NCBI GenBank assembly: GCA_005191425.1
Contig: SUPR01000011.1
Span: forward strand, 1-32,000
Origin: Candidatus Helarchaeota ASGARD archaeon Hel_GB_B
Lineage (GTDB): Archaea; Asgardarchaeota; Lokiarchaeia; Helarchaeales; HEL-GB-B
Direction: 5' to 3'
Length of the DNA stretch: 32,000 nt
Under the pieces are notes generated by a model. That model made no database searches and was not told the DNA's origin. It worked only from the letters and a program-made list of their open reading frames with translations. Shown here in pieces: positions 8,245-16,400 of this stretch (positions within the stretch are counted from its first letter, which is position 1; each line of letters starts with the position of its first letter). The position numbers were made by a program, and so were the translations under genes.

Positions 8245-9255
8245 TTAATTAATTGGATAAAAAATAGACCTTATTTCATCCATACTAGCTAAATATAAAC
8301 TTTTTACCCATTGCCTTAATAATAAATTCATTTTTTTCATTTTTTCATATTCTTCTTGAGTTAAATCTTCCTTTATTATTAACCCACTTTTATAATAAAA
8401 TCCCTTATAAATTTCTGGGTGTAGTTGCATTTTTTCAATGAATTTAATTGACCTTAATGACAAATAATTTATTATCTCATTTGATGGGTTCTTTTTAAAT
8501 ACATATGAAATCATGCACATCTCCTTTTTACCACGAGCCCATTTTGAAGGAATCTCAAAATAATAACTAAAATGTCCCATGTCTTTGTATGTCCGCGTAA
8601 AAAATCCTTGTTTTCCAGAGGTTAATTCTAAATCATTACAAATTCTAGACTTTTGTTCTTCAGTAATCATATCTTCAGGAAAAGTATGAAATGGGATTGG
8701 GCCTATTTTTGTATGAAAATATGATAAAACTATACCCATCAATGTCTCAATCATTTCTGGAGTAACAGAGCCCTTTAACTCTAAATATTTAGTTTCAAAT
8801 TGTTTTAAATATTTATTAAAATCATCAAGTATCTTTTTAACTTCCTTAATATTGAATTCATTATTGTCTAATGTTTTTAATAATTTCTCTGATATTTCTC
8901 GCAATTTAGAACTTAAATAATCTATATTTTGAAAAATAAAATCATGAGCTCGTTCTCCAATCAAAATAGTCAAGTTTAAAGGAATTTTTCCCTCTGCAAT
9001 ATCTTCTTGAATAATAGAAAAAGTATATGTTAACCCAATATTCTTATATCTCGTAAATGGTAATATTGAAATTCCTTCTGAAAAATATTCTGATTCTCCT
9101 ACCATTATTGAAATAATTTTAGCAGTAATATTAAAACTCATTTCTAAGTTTACACGATTTTCTGGGCCATAATAAATAGGTTCTGGCCCATTATCTCCAA
9201 ATCTGGAAAATATTATTCCTTGTACAATGTCTTCAGTATTTAGGGTTGTTTCCAA
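8245..9255 (-). CDS. Tandem longin/uDENN (folliculin-N-like) domain protein
   Basis: Two repeats start GIIFSRFGDNGPEP and GIVLSYFHTKIGPIP; the second carries FEIPSKWARGKKEMCMISYV. TTG start with GGAG SD. Confidence 0.65.
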   Translation of the reverse strand: METTLNTEDIVQGIIFSRFGDNGPEPIYYGPENRVNLEMSFNITAKIISIMVGESEYFSEGISILPFTRYKNIGLTYTFSIIQEDIAEGKIPLNLTILIGERAHDFIFQNIDYLSSKLREISEKLLKTLDNNEFNIKEVKKILDDFNKYLKQFETKYLELKGSVTPEMIETLMGIVLSYFHTKIGPIPFHTFPEDMITEEQKSRICNDLELTSGKQGFFTRTYKDMGHFSYYFEIPSKWARGKKEMCMISYVFKKNPSNEIINYLSLRSIKFIEKMQLHPEIYKGFYYKSGLIIKEDLTQEEYEKMKKMNLLLRQWVKSLYLASMDEIRSIFYPIN

Positions 9256-9552
9256 TGTTGAATCTCCATTAATTTTCTAATTAATCAAATTCCTATTTAA
9301 TTGATTTATTAACGATTATCTATAAATATCTTAAGTTTAAATAACGATTTTGGTCAATTGATATTAAAGTTAAAAAATTGATAAAATAGCTACATTCTCT
9401 TTAATAAATAATTTTTTGGAATAAAATGCTATTAATTCAATATTTTTAAATATTTTCAATTCATTTTATTCTTAATCATATTATCCATATGATAAACTAT
9501 TATTAATATTTAAGAAAAACTTTCAATAGAATTTTAATTAATGTGAAAAACC

Positions 9553-9981
9553 ATGAAATGTCTAAATACGTCTATCAAAAGAATTATTTTTTGTAAGCTT
9601 GATGATGGCGAAGATTTGCTAGACGGAATAAATAAGATAAGCAATGAATATAATATTAAAAGTGCATCTTTTTATGGTATAGGTGCGGTTAAAAAAGCCG
9701 TTTTTGGATTTTATAAAGATAATAAATATATTTCTAATGAAAAAAATCAAAATTTAGAAGTTATTTCTTGTATAGGTAATATCGCAATTGATAAAGATAC
9801 TAAGAAAAAAATTATACATTGCCATATAACATGTGGTGATGATAAAGGAAATTCTTTTGGTGGGCATGTTTTAACTGGGTGTATAATTTCTCCCACATTA
9901 GAATTAACAATTTTTGAATTTGAAGACCAAATTTTTAGAAAATATAATGAAAAACTTAACTTAACTTTATTAAATTTGTGA
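9553..9981 (+). CDS. PPC (DUF296) domain protein
   Basis: KLDDGEDLL, GIGAV, LEVISCIGNI, HCHITCGD..G.SFGGHV, TLEL. Confidence 0.9.
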   Translation: MKCLNTSIKRIIFCKLDDGEDLLDGINKISNEYNIKSASFYGIGAVKKAVFGFYKDNKYISNEKNQNLEVISCIGNIAIDKDTKKKIIHCHITCGDDKGNSFGGHVLTGCIISPTLELTIFEFEDQIFRKYNEKLNLTLLNL

Positions 9982-9986
9982 TAATT

Positions 9987-10943
9987 ATGATAGAAATAAA
10001 AGGACTGTCCAAAAACTTCAAAAAAATAAAAGCTTTGGATAATATTAGCTTAACAGTTAATGAAGGAGAAGTTTTTGGATTTTTAGGGCCAAATGGGGCG
10101 GGTAAAACCACAACAATTAGGATATTAAGTTGTATATTAAAGCCAGATGCCGGAACAGCCGTCCTTGACAATTATGATATCCACGAAGAACCCATGAAAA
10201 TTCGTAAATTAATTGGTGTATTAACAGAAAATCCATGTATATACGAACGACTTTCTGGACGTTATAACCTTATGTTTTTTGGAAAGCTTTATGAAGTTCC
10301 TGAAGACCAGATTGAACAACGAGTTGATGAATTATTAACTATGTTTGACCTTCAAGATAGAAGTAACGATAAATCAGGTACTTATTCTAAAGGAATGAAA
10401 AAGAAATTAGCAATTTCCAGGACTATGATCCATAATCCTAAAATTATTTTTCTAGATGAACCAACAACTGGCTTAGACCCAAAGGCTAGCAAAGATTTAA
10501 GAGATTATATAAAAAAATTAAGTATTAAAAGAAAAATTACTATTTTTCTAAGCACTCATAACCTCACAGAAGCTGAATATTTATGTGACAAAATTGCTGT
10601 TATTAATAAAGGAAAGATTATCGCTATTGGTAGACCCAATGAGCTAAGTAGGATGTTGTGGTCCGGTGATCGCGTAGAAATAACGCTTATTAATGATTAT
10701 AAAGATAAAGGTATATCACAATCGGAAATTCATGATATGATTAGTTCTATTGATGGCGTTAATGAATGTATAGTTAATGATAATAAAATTCATCTTTCAT
10801 TAGAATCTGCTGAAAAAGTTAATCCAATTATAATTAAAAAATTAATATCTTCAGGTATTGATATTGTGCAAGCAAAAATTGAAGGACATAGCCTAGAAGA
10901 TATCTATCTATCTTTAATTAAAGAAGAAAGTGATAAAAAATGA
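9987..10943 (+). CDS. ABC-2 type exporter ATP-binding subunit
   Basis: Walker A GPNGAGKTT, signature YSKGM, Walker B IIFLDEPT, H-loop STH. ATG 9987 follows a GTGA SD (track start GTG 9978). Confidence 0.95.
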   Translation: MIEIKGLSKNFKKIKALDNISLTVNEGEVFGFLGPNGAGKTTTIRILSCILKPDAGTAVLDNYDIHEEPMKIRKLIGVLTENPCIYERLSGRYNLMFFGKLYEVPEDQIEQRVDELLTMFDLQDRSNDKSGTYSKGMKKKLAISRTMIHNPKIIFLDEPTTGLDPKASKDLRDYIKKLSIKRKITIFLSTHNLTEAEYLCDKIAVINKGKIIAIGRPNELSRMLWSGDRVEITLINDYKDKGISQSEIHDMISSIDGVNECIVNDNKIHLSLESAEKVNPIIIKKLISSGIDIVQAKIEGHSLEDIYLSLIKEESDKK

Positions 10944-11707
10944 AAAAAGCTATAATCATAATGAAAAAGGATATTAAAGAAATAAGGACCAGTTTCCAAA
11001 TATTTGGGACTATGATTGCTACTCCCGCTCTATTAACTGGTATAGCTTTAGTCACGTTTGGAATTTTGTTCGCTATTATTCCTAACCCAATTGATTTATA
11101 TTCAATCCTATATGGTGCTGGAAATATTTTACCGATGTATAATCTTATGTTTTTAATAATACCTGTAGTTTTACCTACATATATAGCTGCCGATTCATTT
11201 GTTGGTGAAAAAGTCAGAAAAACAATTGAAGCATTACTAGTAGCACCGATCAGTGATAATGAACTATTACTTGGAAAAGTTTTAGTGTCATTAATCCCGA
11301 CCTTACTGTTCTCTTACTTATTTATAGGTGTTTATATTATTGGTATAAACATCTTGCAATTAGTTAATTATGGCACAATTGTATTTATTTTTCCTGATTT
11401 AGGTTTTATTTTAGGGTGTCTTTTACATATCCCTTTATTATGCATTATTACTATTGAAATAATGGTCATAATCTCTTTAAAAGTCAAAGGAATACGTGAA
11501 GCCCAACAAATTGGTGGTGTGGTAGTTATCCCGGTAATTTCCTTTATGTTTTTGCCTTTTGCAGGACTTAATCTTTATAGTCTTTCAAACCCCTTAAACA
11601 TATTTCTATTCACATTAATTACTCTTATTTTTTGCCTATTGGCTATCTCTTTTTATTTTCTAAGTCTCAAGGTATTCAAAAGGTCTAATATAATTGTAAA
11701 AATCTAA
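10940..11707 (+). CDS. ABC-2 type exporter permease
   Basis: About six hydrophobic segments; ADSFVGEKVRKTIEALLVAPISDNELLLGK motif; 4-nt overlap with the ATPase gene. Confidence 0.92.
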   Translation: MKKAIIIMKKDIKEIRTSFQIFGTMIATPALLTGIALVTFGILFAIIPNPIDLYSILYGAGNILPMYNLMFLIIPVVLPTYIAADSFVGEKVRKTIEALLVAPISDNELLLGKVLVSLIPTLLFSYLFIGVYIIGINILQLVNYGTIVFIFPDLGFILGCLLHIPLLCIITIEIMVIISLKVKGIREAQQIGGVVVIPVISFMFLPFAGLNLYSLSNPLNIFLFTLITLIFCLLAISFYFLSLKVFKRSNIIVKI

Positions 11708-11730
11708 AAAAATTATTATTTTCTTATATA

Positions 11731-11746
11731 TTCTTTTTTTATTTTT
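11731..11746 (+). terminator. Probable archaeal oligo-T terminator after the ABC operon
   Basis: TTCTTTTTTTATTTTT about 25 nt after the stop codon; weak evidence in such an AT-rich genome. Confidence 0.4.
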
Positions 11747-11913
11747 CGTTAATCCAAATCGCTAATTTTATTATGGTGTTAAAGAGAAAAATCATATTAA
11801 AAAATAATCTAATTATTATACCCTATTATATAATAATTTGAAAAACTAATTCTGTAAATACTATTATTTCAATAGATTAAAAAATATTTTAATCTCAGAT
11901 TTTTCAAGATTTA

Positions 11914-11948
11914 GAGAAAATTTATAATAAACATATGTTTAAACATAT
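11914..11948 (+). promoter_or_regulatory. BRE/TATA promoter and palindromic operator of vapBC
   Basis: GAGAAAA + TTTATAAT (11914-11928) about 25-30 nt before ATG 11953; perfect palindromes TAAACATATGTTTA (11928-11941) and ATATGTTTAAACATAT (11933-11948). Confidence 0.65.
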
Positions 11949-11952
11949 ATAT

Positions 11953-12168
11953 ATGACTACCAAAACAATTACTATTAAGAAAGAAGTATATGACTTGTTA
12001 AACAGTATTAAGAAAGAGGACGAAAGTTTTAGTGATTTATTGGAGCGATTAGCAAAAAGGAACAAATCTTTAATAATTTTAAAAAAATTGAAAGGTACAA
12101 TTGATTTAGGAGATTCACAAGAATTAATAAATGAAATAAAATCTAAGCGAAATGATTGGAGATCATAA
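11953..12168 (+). CDS. vapB: VapB-type antitoxin (archaeal VAPB_antitox family)
   Basis: MTTKTITIKKEVYDLLNSIKKEDESFSDLLERL pattern; stop TAA overlaps the toxin ATG (TAATG). Confidence 0.88.
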   Translation: MTTKTITIKKEVYDLLNSIKKEDESFSDLLERLAKRNKSLIILKKLKGTIDLGDSQELINEIKSKRNDWRS

Positions 12169-12563
12169 TGATATTATTAGATTCTGATGTTCTCATAGAA
12201 ATATTAAACAAGAATTCAAGAATAAAAGACCTATTAATTGCAAAAATCGAAAAAGACGGAGATCAAGTGGCAACAACTGCTATTAATTTTCAAGAAATAC
12301 TATATGGTATTTTAAAAAGGAAAAATATAACTGAATTAAATAAAAATCATTTAATCTATTCATTTGATGTAATTCCTTTTACTAAAAGGGATGCAGAAAT
12401 AGCAGCGAGAGTCGAATTTATTTTAGAGAAATCTGGTAAAAAGAAACCGAAAGGTGATATTTTAATAGCTTCGATTGCAATCAGAACTGGGAGTAAATTA
12501 TTTACTCTTAATAAAAAACATTTTAAGGATATCCCAGAATTGAACTTATTTAATAAATTTTAA
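12168..12563 (+). CDS. vapC: VapC PIN-domain ribonuclease toxin
   Basis: ILLDSDVLI, FQEI, GDILIASIA, FTLNKKHF. Confidence 0.93.
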   Translation: MILLDSDVLIEILNKNSRIKDLLIAKIEKDGDQVATTAINFQEILYGILKRKNITELNKNHLIYSFDVIPFTKRDAEIAARVEFILEKSGKKKPKGDILIASIAIRTGSKLFTLNKKHFKDIPELNLFNKF

Positions 12564-13024
12564 ATTTTCTTTACATTAATTGAGATAATTAAAAATTATG
12601 CTATACAATAAAATAAAAGAATTAAACTTGATGAAAGTTTTTATAGAAAGAGTTTCTCTCAAGAACTTGGAAAATTTATTATATATAGAGATTATTCAGA
12701 AGAAATATCTTATTTTACCAGAAGATTGAAAAATTCAAAATTTGTAAATAATTTTTAATTTTTATTATTCTTACATTTTTATTAAATATATTAACATCCT
12801 CATTTTTTGGAGATATACCGCTAAAAAAATTGACAGAAAGATATATTTTCTAAAAAATAGAATTAACATTTACATATTTTTGTCGAAAAGTGGAATTTGA
12901 AAAATCTCCTTTTTATTAATTAAAGTATTAATTAAATATTAGTTAAAGAACAATTTTAAATAAAAATTGAAATTTAATTTCTAGGTTAAAAAATTTTAAG
13001 AAAATAAATAATGGGTGATGTCAG

Positions 13025-15322
13025 ATCGTTCAATCTTTAAATGGGATATGGAAAATCCAAACAGACGAATCCGAAATCGGTGTTGAACAAGAATGGTGGT
13101 GGACTGGTTATAATGACAATGATTGGTCTACAATACAAGTACCAGGACATTGGCAAGACCAGAATTTTCCAGATTATAATGGTGTCGTTTGGTATAGGTT
13201 ATTATTTGACCTTGACGACTCCTTTAAAAACGAATATGGCCCAAGAACATTATTAAGGTTTGATGGTGTTTTTTATTACTGTCAAATTTGGCTTAATAAT
13301 GAATATTTAGGGGAACATGAGGGTTATTTTGATTCTTTTGAGTTTGATGTTTCAGATTTACTTGATATTAATAATAACCTCCTTTGTATTAAAGTCGTTT
13401 GTTATGATGAACCAAATTTAAATAAGAAGAGACAAATAACTGGTGTCTTCTCTCACTGGGATGCATCTGATCCTAATTTTAACCCTGGTGGAATCTGGAA
13501 TAATGTGTCCTTAATAAAAAAACCAGTATTATATCTTAAAGAATTATCAATCAGGACTAAAATAATTGATTTAGAATCACAAACAGGAAAAATCCTTTTA
13601 AAATTTAATGTAGATTCGTTAATCACCTCTGACATCAAATTGAATTTTGTTATTAAACCAAAGAATTTTGAGGGTGAAATCCTGAACGACACTCATTTAA
13701 TGAGTGTTTCACCTGGAAATAATTTAGTTGAAAAGGAAATCACTATATATAACGCAAAATTCTGGTGGACTCATGATCATGGTTATCCTTTTCTATACGA
13801 CCTTGATATAATTGCCAATTTTAATGGAAGGGACATTGATATACTGAACACATTCTTCGGAATTAAAGAAATTAAATTAATTAGAAATAATGGCTGGCAA
13901 GTTTTTTTAAATAATAAGCGAATTTTCATTAAGGGCTCAAATTATGCTCCTCAAAAACATAGAATCGCAAAATCAACAAGAGAAGACTATGAACAAGATG
14001 TCGATTTAATGGTCAACGCAAATTTTAATATGGTCCGAGTTCATGCCCATATCGATAGAAATGAATTACATGAAATAGCCAGTGAAAAAGGAATTTTAAT
14101 CTGGCAAGATTTCCCGCTTCAATGGTATTATAATAAAACGGTCATTAAATCCGCAAAAGACCAAACTAAACGTATTGTTAATCAATTGAAGAATTATCCT
14201 TCACAGGGTATTTGGTGCTGTCATAATGAGCCTTTCAAAATACCTACTAAAAATGAAATTATAAAACTCCTTTTTTTAATAATCTGCTCAATATTTTCTT
14301 ATATTGGCTTTAATTTTCTCTTTAATTTATATCTATCACTTCCAATAACAATTTCAAAAATTTATTCTATAATTATTATTTTAACTATTTTTATTGGTAT
14401 TTCTTTAATTTTCGATCTAATTCCAACAGTTCTATTTTATAATTGGAATATTAATACACTTGATAAAAAGATCGCCGACCTTATTTCTAAACTTGATCCT
14501 GACCACCCAATTTTAAAAGCGAGTGGTCTTCTTGGTAGGACTGATTTACATTGGTATGATGGATGGTACTTCAACCCTGGAAAATATTGGAAGGCTAATA
14601 AATTCTCTAAGAAATTTCTAAAATGTTTTGCACCATTTGTAACTGAATATGGTGCCCAAAGTTTTCCAAATGTAGAATCACTCGAAAAATTTAAAATTAA
14701 TTTAAAATGGCCCTTTAATGAGGAAACATGGCTAAATTTAAAAAAGAACTTTAGATGTCAATCAAATATCGTAAAAAAAATTTTTAAAATAAATTCATTC
14801 AAAACTTTAGATGATTTTATTCATGCCACGCAACAATATCAATCCTCTTTACTAAAATTTCATAACGAATTATGGCGAAAACTTAGATACAACCCCACAG
14901 GCGGTGCAATTTGCTTTTTATTTAATGACTGTTCCCCTCTTATTACTTGGTCGGTCATAGACTATTTTAGAAAACCCAAATTAGCCTACGAATCTGTTTC
15001 TCTATCTTTCGAACCTTTATATGCACTTTTGTCCAAATGGCCTCGAAAATTCAAGAAAAATTCTCTTTTTAAAAACTCTATTCTATTAATAAATGATTAC
15101 TTGCATGATGTTCATGATATTAATATTAAACTTGTTGTAAAATCTCCCACTAATACTATTCTTGAAAATAATTATGATTGTAATATTAAAGCTGATTCTA
15201 TTATTCAGATTGACCAACTTAAATTTATTATTCCTAACGAAATCGGTGAATATTCTCTTGATATCTATTTATCGTCTGAAATTAATTCTATTTTAAACTC
15301 ATATAAATTTATTGTAAATTAA
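13025..15322 (+). CDS. Glycoside hydrolase family 2 (beta-mannosidase-like) with internal TM hairpin; non-canonical or mutated start
   Basis: Frame open from 13019 to 15322. Upstream part reads QSLNGIWK...VPGHW...GVVWYR...LRFDGVFY...EHEGYF (GH2 sugar-binding domain). Catalytic motifs WCCHNEP (acid/base) and FVTEYGAQSFP (nucleophile). Confidence 0.85.
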   Translation: MVQSLNGIWKIQTDESEIGVEQEWWWTGYNDNDWSTIQVPGHWQDQNFPDYNGVVWYRLLFDLDDSFKNEYGPRTLLRFDGVFYYCQIWLNNEYLGEHEGYFDSFEFDVSDLLDINNNLLCIKVVCYDEPNLNKKRQITGVFSHWDASDPNFNPGGIWNNVSLIKKPVLYLKELSIRTKIIDLESQTGKILLKFNVDSLITSDIKLNFVIKPKNFEGEILNDTHLMSVSPGNNLVEKEITIYNAKFWWTHDHGYPFLYDLDIIANFNGRDIDILNTFFGIKEIKLIRNNGWQVFLNNKRIFIKGSNYAPQKHRIAKSTREDYEQDVDLMVNANFNMVRVHAHIDRNELHEIASEKGILIWQDFPLQWYYNKTVIKSAKDQTKRIVNQLKNYPSQGIWCCHNEPFKIPTKNEIIKLLFLIICSIFSYIGFNFLFNLYLSLPITISKIYSIIIILTIFIGISLIFDLIPTVLFYNWNINTLDKKIADLISKLDPDHPILKASGLLGRTDLHWYDGWYFNPGKYWKANKFSKKFLKCFAPFVTEYGAQSFPNVESLEKFKINLKWPFNEETWLNLKKNFRCQSNIVKKIFKINSFKTLDDFIHATQQYQSSLLKFHNELWRKLRYNPTGGAICFLFNDCSPLITWSVIDYFRKPKLAYESVSLSFEPLYALLSKWPRKFKKNSLFKNSILLINDYLHDVHDINIKLVVKSPTNTILENNYDCNIKADSIIQIDQLKFIIPNEIGEYSLDIYLSSEINSILNSYKFIVN

Positions 15323-15435
15323 AATATCTTAAATAAAAAAAATTTCAATTTAAATCATTGGAATCTGATATACAGGGTTTATTCATTTTCCCATGCTAAA
15401 GGTAGGAAATTAAATTTCGTATCTATTCTATACGA

Positions 15436-15482
15436 ACGGATATTGGCGTGACCCCAAACGCCTCTATCCCGTCCACTTTTTT
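15436..15482 (+). other. GC-rich stem-loop followed by a T-run (terminator-like or element-end hairpin)
   Basis: ACGGATA-TT-GGCGT / loop GACCCCAA / ACGCC-TC-TATCCCGT, then CCAC-TTTTTT. Confidence 0.45.
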
Positions 15483-15549
15483 ATTATTTGATTTTTGAGA
15501 TAGAATATTTCTTTATTTTCCGTTGCTTTCGTTGCTTTTATTAATTTGA

Positions 15550-16110
15550 ATTTATCTCATTAAAAATAAATACAAGTCCTTAATGCCGGCAATTAAAAAT
15601 GAACGAATAAAACAACAAATACTATCGTTCCACCAGAATAAAAGTAAACAATGTATTCAATATCGTTTTTACCCATCGAGAAAAGACAGTAGGGGTTATG
15701 AGTTCAATGTTTTCTTTGTGAAGAATGAATATGCATGGACAAATCTCTCGAAAACTCCCCAGACTGAGAAAGATATTCTCGAATTATACCATGCATATGC
15801 TACCAATAAAGTGATAAGAAACCGCACTAATCATAATTTGAAAAAAATAGCAGCCCAATACAAGGACAGATGGGGAGTAGAGACCGCATTCAAAATGATT
15901 AATTTCTTCCAGATAAGAACTTCGTCCAGTATATTCATTGTAAGACTATTTTGTTACTTATTTTCTATGGTCATTTATAATTTATGGATATTATATAATC
16001 TAATTTATAAGTGCTCTCAAGAAAATAGATATATACTCCCATCATTTCAGCTGAAATTGTATATTTTAGTAAAATCTCTTCAATATTGGATTCAAATAAT
16101 TATGGTATAA
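15550..16110 (+). pseudogene. DDE transposase fragment
   Basis: YKDRWGVETAFK (Y-R-E-K-type motif) and IRTSS...VRLFCYLFSMVIYNLW; the N-terminal region carrying the DD residues is missing; in-frame TGA at 15547. Confidence 0.8.
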
Positions 16111-16158
16111 ACAAAAAAATTGCAAATGGAGGTGAATTTTTAACATTCGGAAGTACTG
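15550..16158 (+). mobile_element. 5'-truncated insertion sequence, ISH3-like (IS4 superfamily)
   Basis: Transposase C-terminal half plus a candidate right end ...TTCGGAAGTACTG (revcomp CAGTACTTCCGAA). No matching left end found between 15322 and 15580. Confidence 0.7.
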
Positions 16159-16400
16159 ATAGTAGCGAAACATTTTTAAAGATAAAAAAGAGCGGGTCCT
16201 GTCCAAAAATCTTTAATTTAAAGCCACTTTTATCATTATGAATTTTCGCACTCATTGCATTTTATAGACCTTTTTACATAAATGGGATATAAGATGAGTA
16301 TAGACCAAGATGAGCTGTTTAATAAATATTTATAGGTATATAAATTTATATAAGGCAGAGTTATAAAATTTTTAGATAAATATGATAATAAAAATGATTA

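Noticed and set aside
9956-10171. 71-aa - strand ORF
   Set aside because: Typical antisense shadow of an ABC Walker A region.
12598-12757. Two overlapping short open frames after vapC (MLYNKIKEL... 43 aa; NKRIKLDESFYRK... 48 codons without a start)
   Set aside because: Could be a decayed gene, but no recognisable homology or SD; such frames are expected in AT-rich DNA.
13016-13018. In-frame TGA ahead of the GH2 frame as possible selenocysteine/readthrough
   Set aside because: It lies inside the SD-like GGTGAT, upstream sequence is non-coding-like, no SECIS-like structure was seen, and GH2 is not a selenoprotein family.
13041-13256. 71-aa + strand ORF
   Set aside because: Wrong-frame overlap of the true GH2 N-terminal domain.
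13453-13692. 79-aa - strand ORF
   Set aside because: Antisense to GH2.
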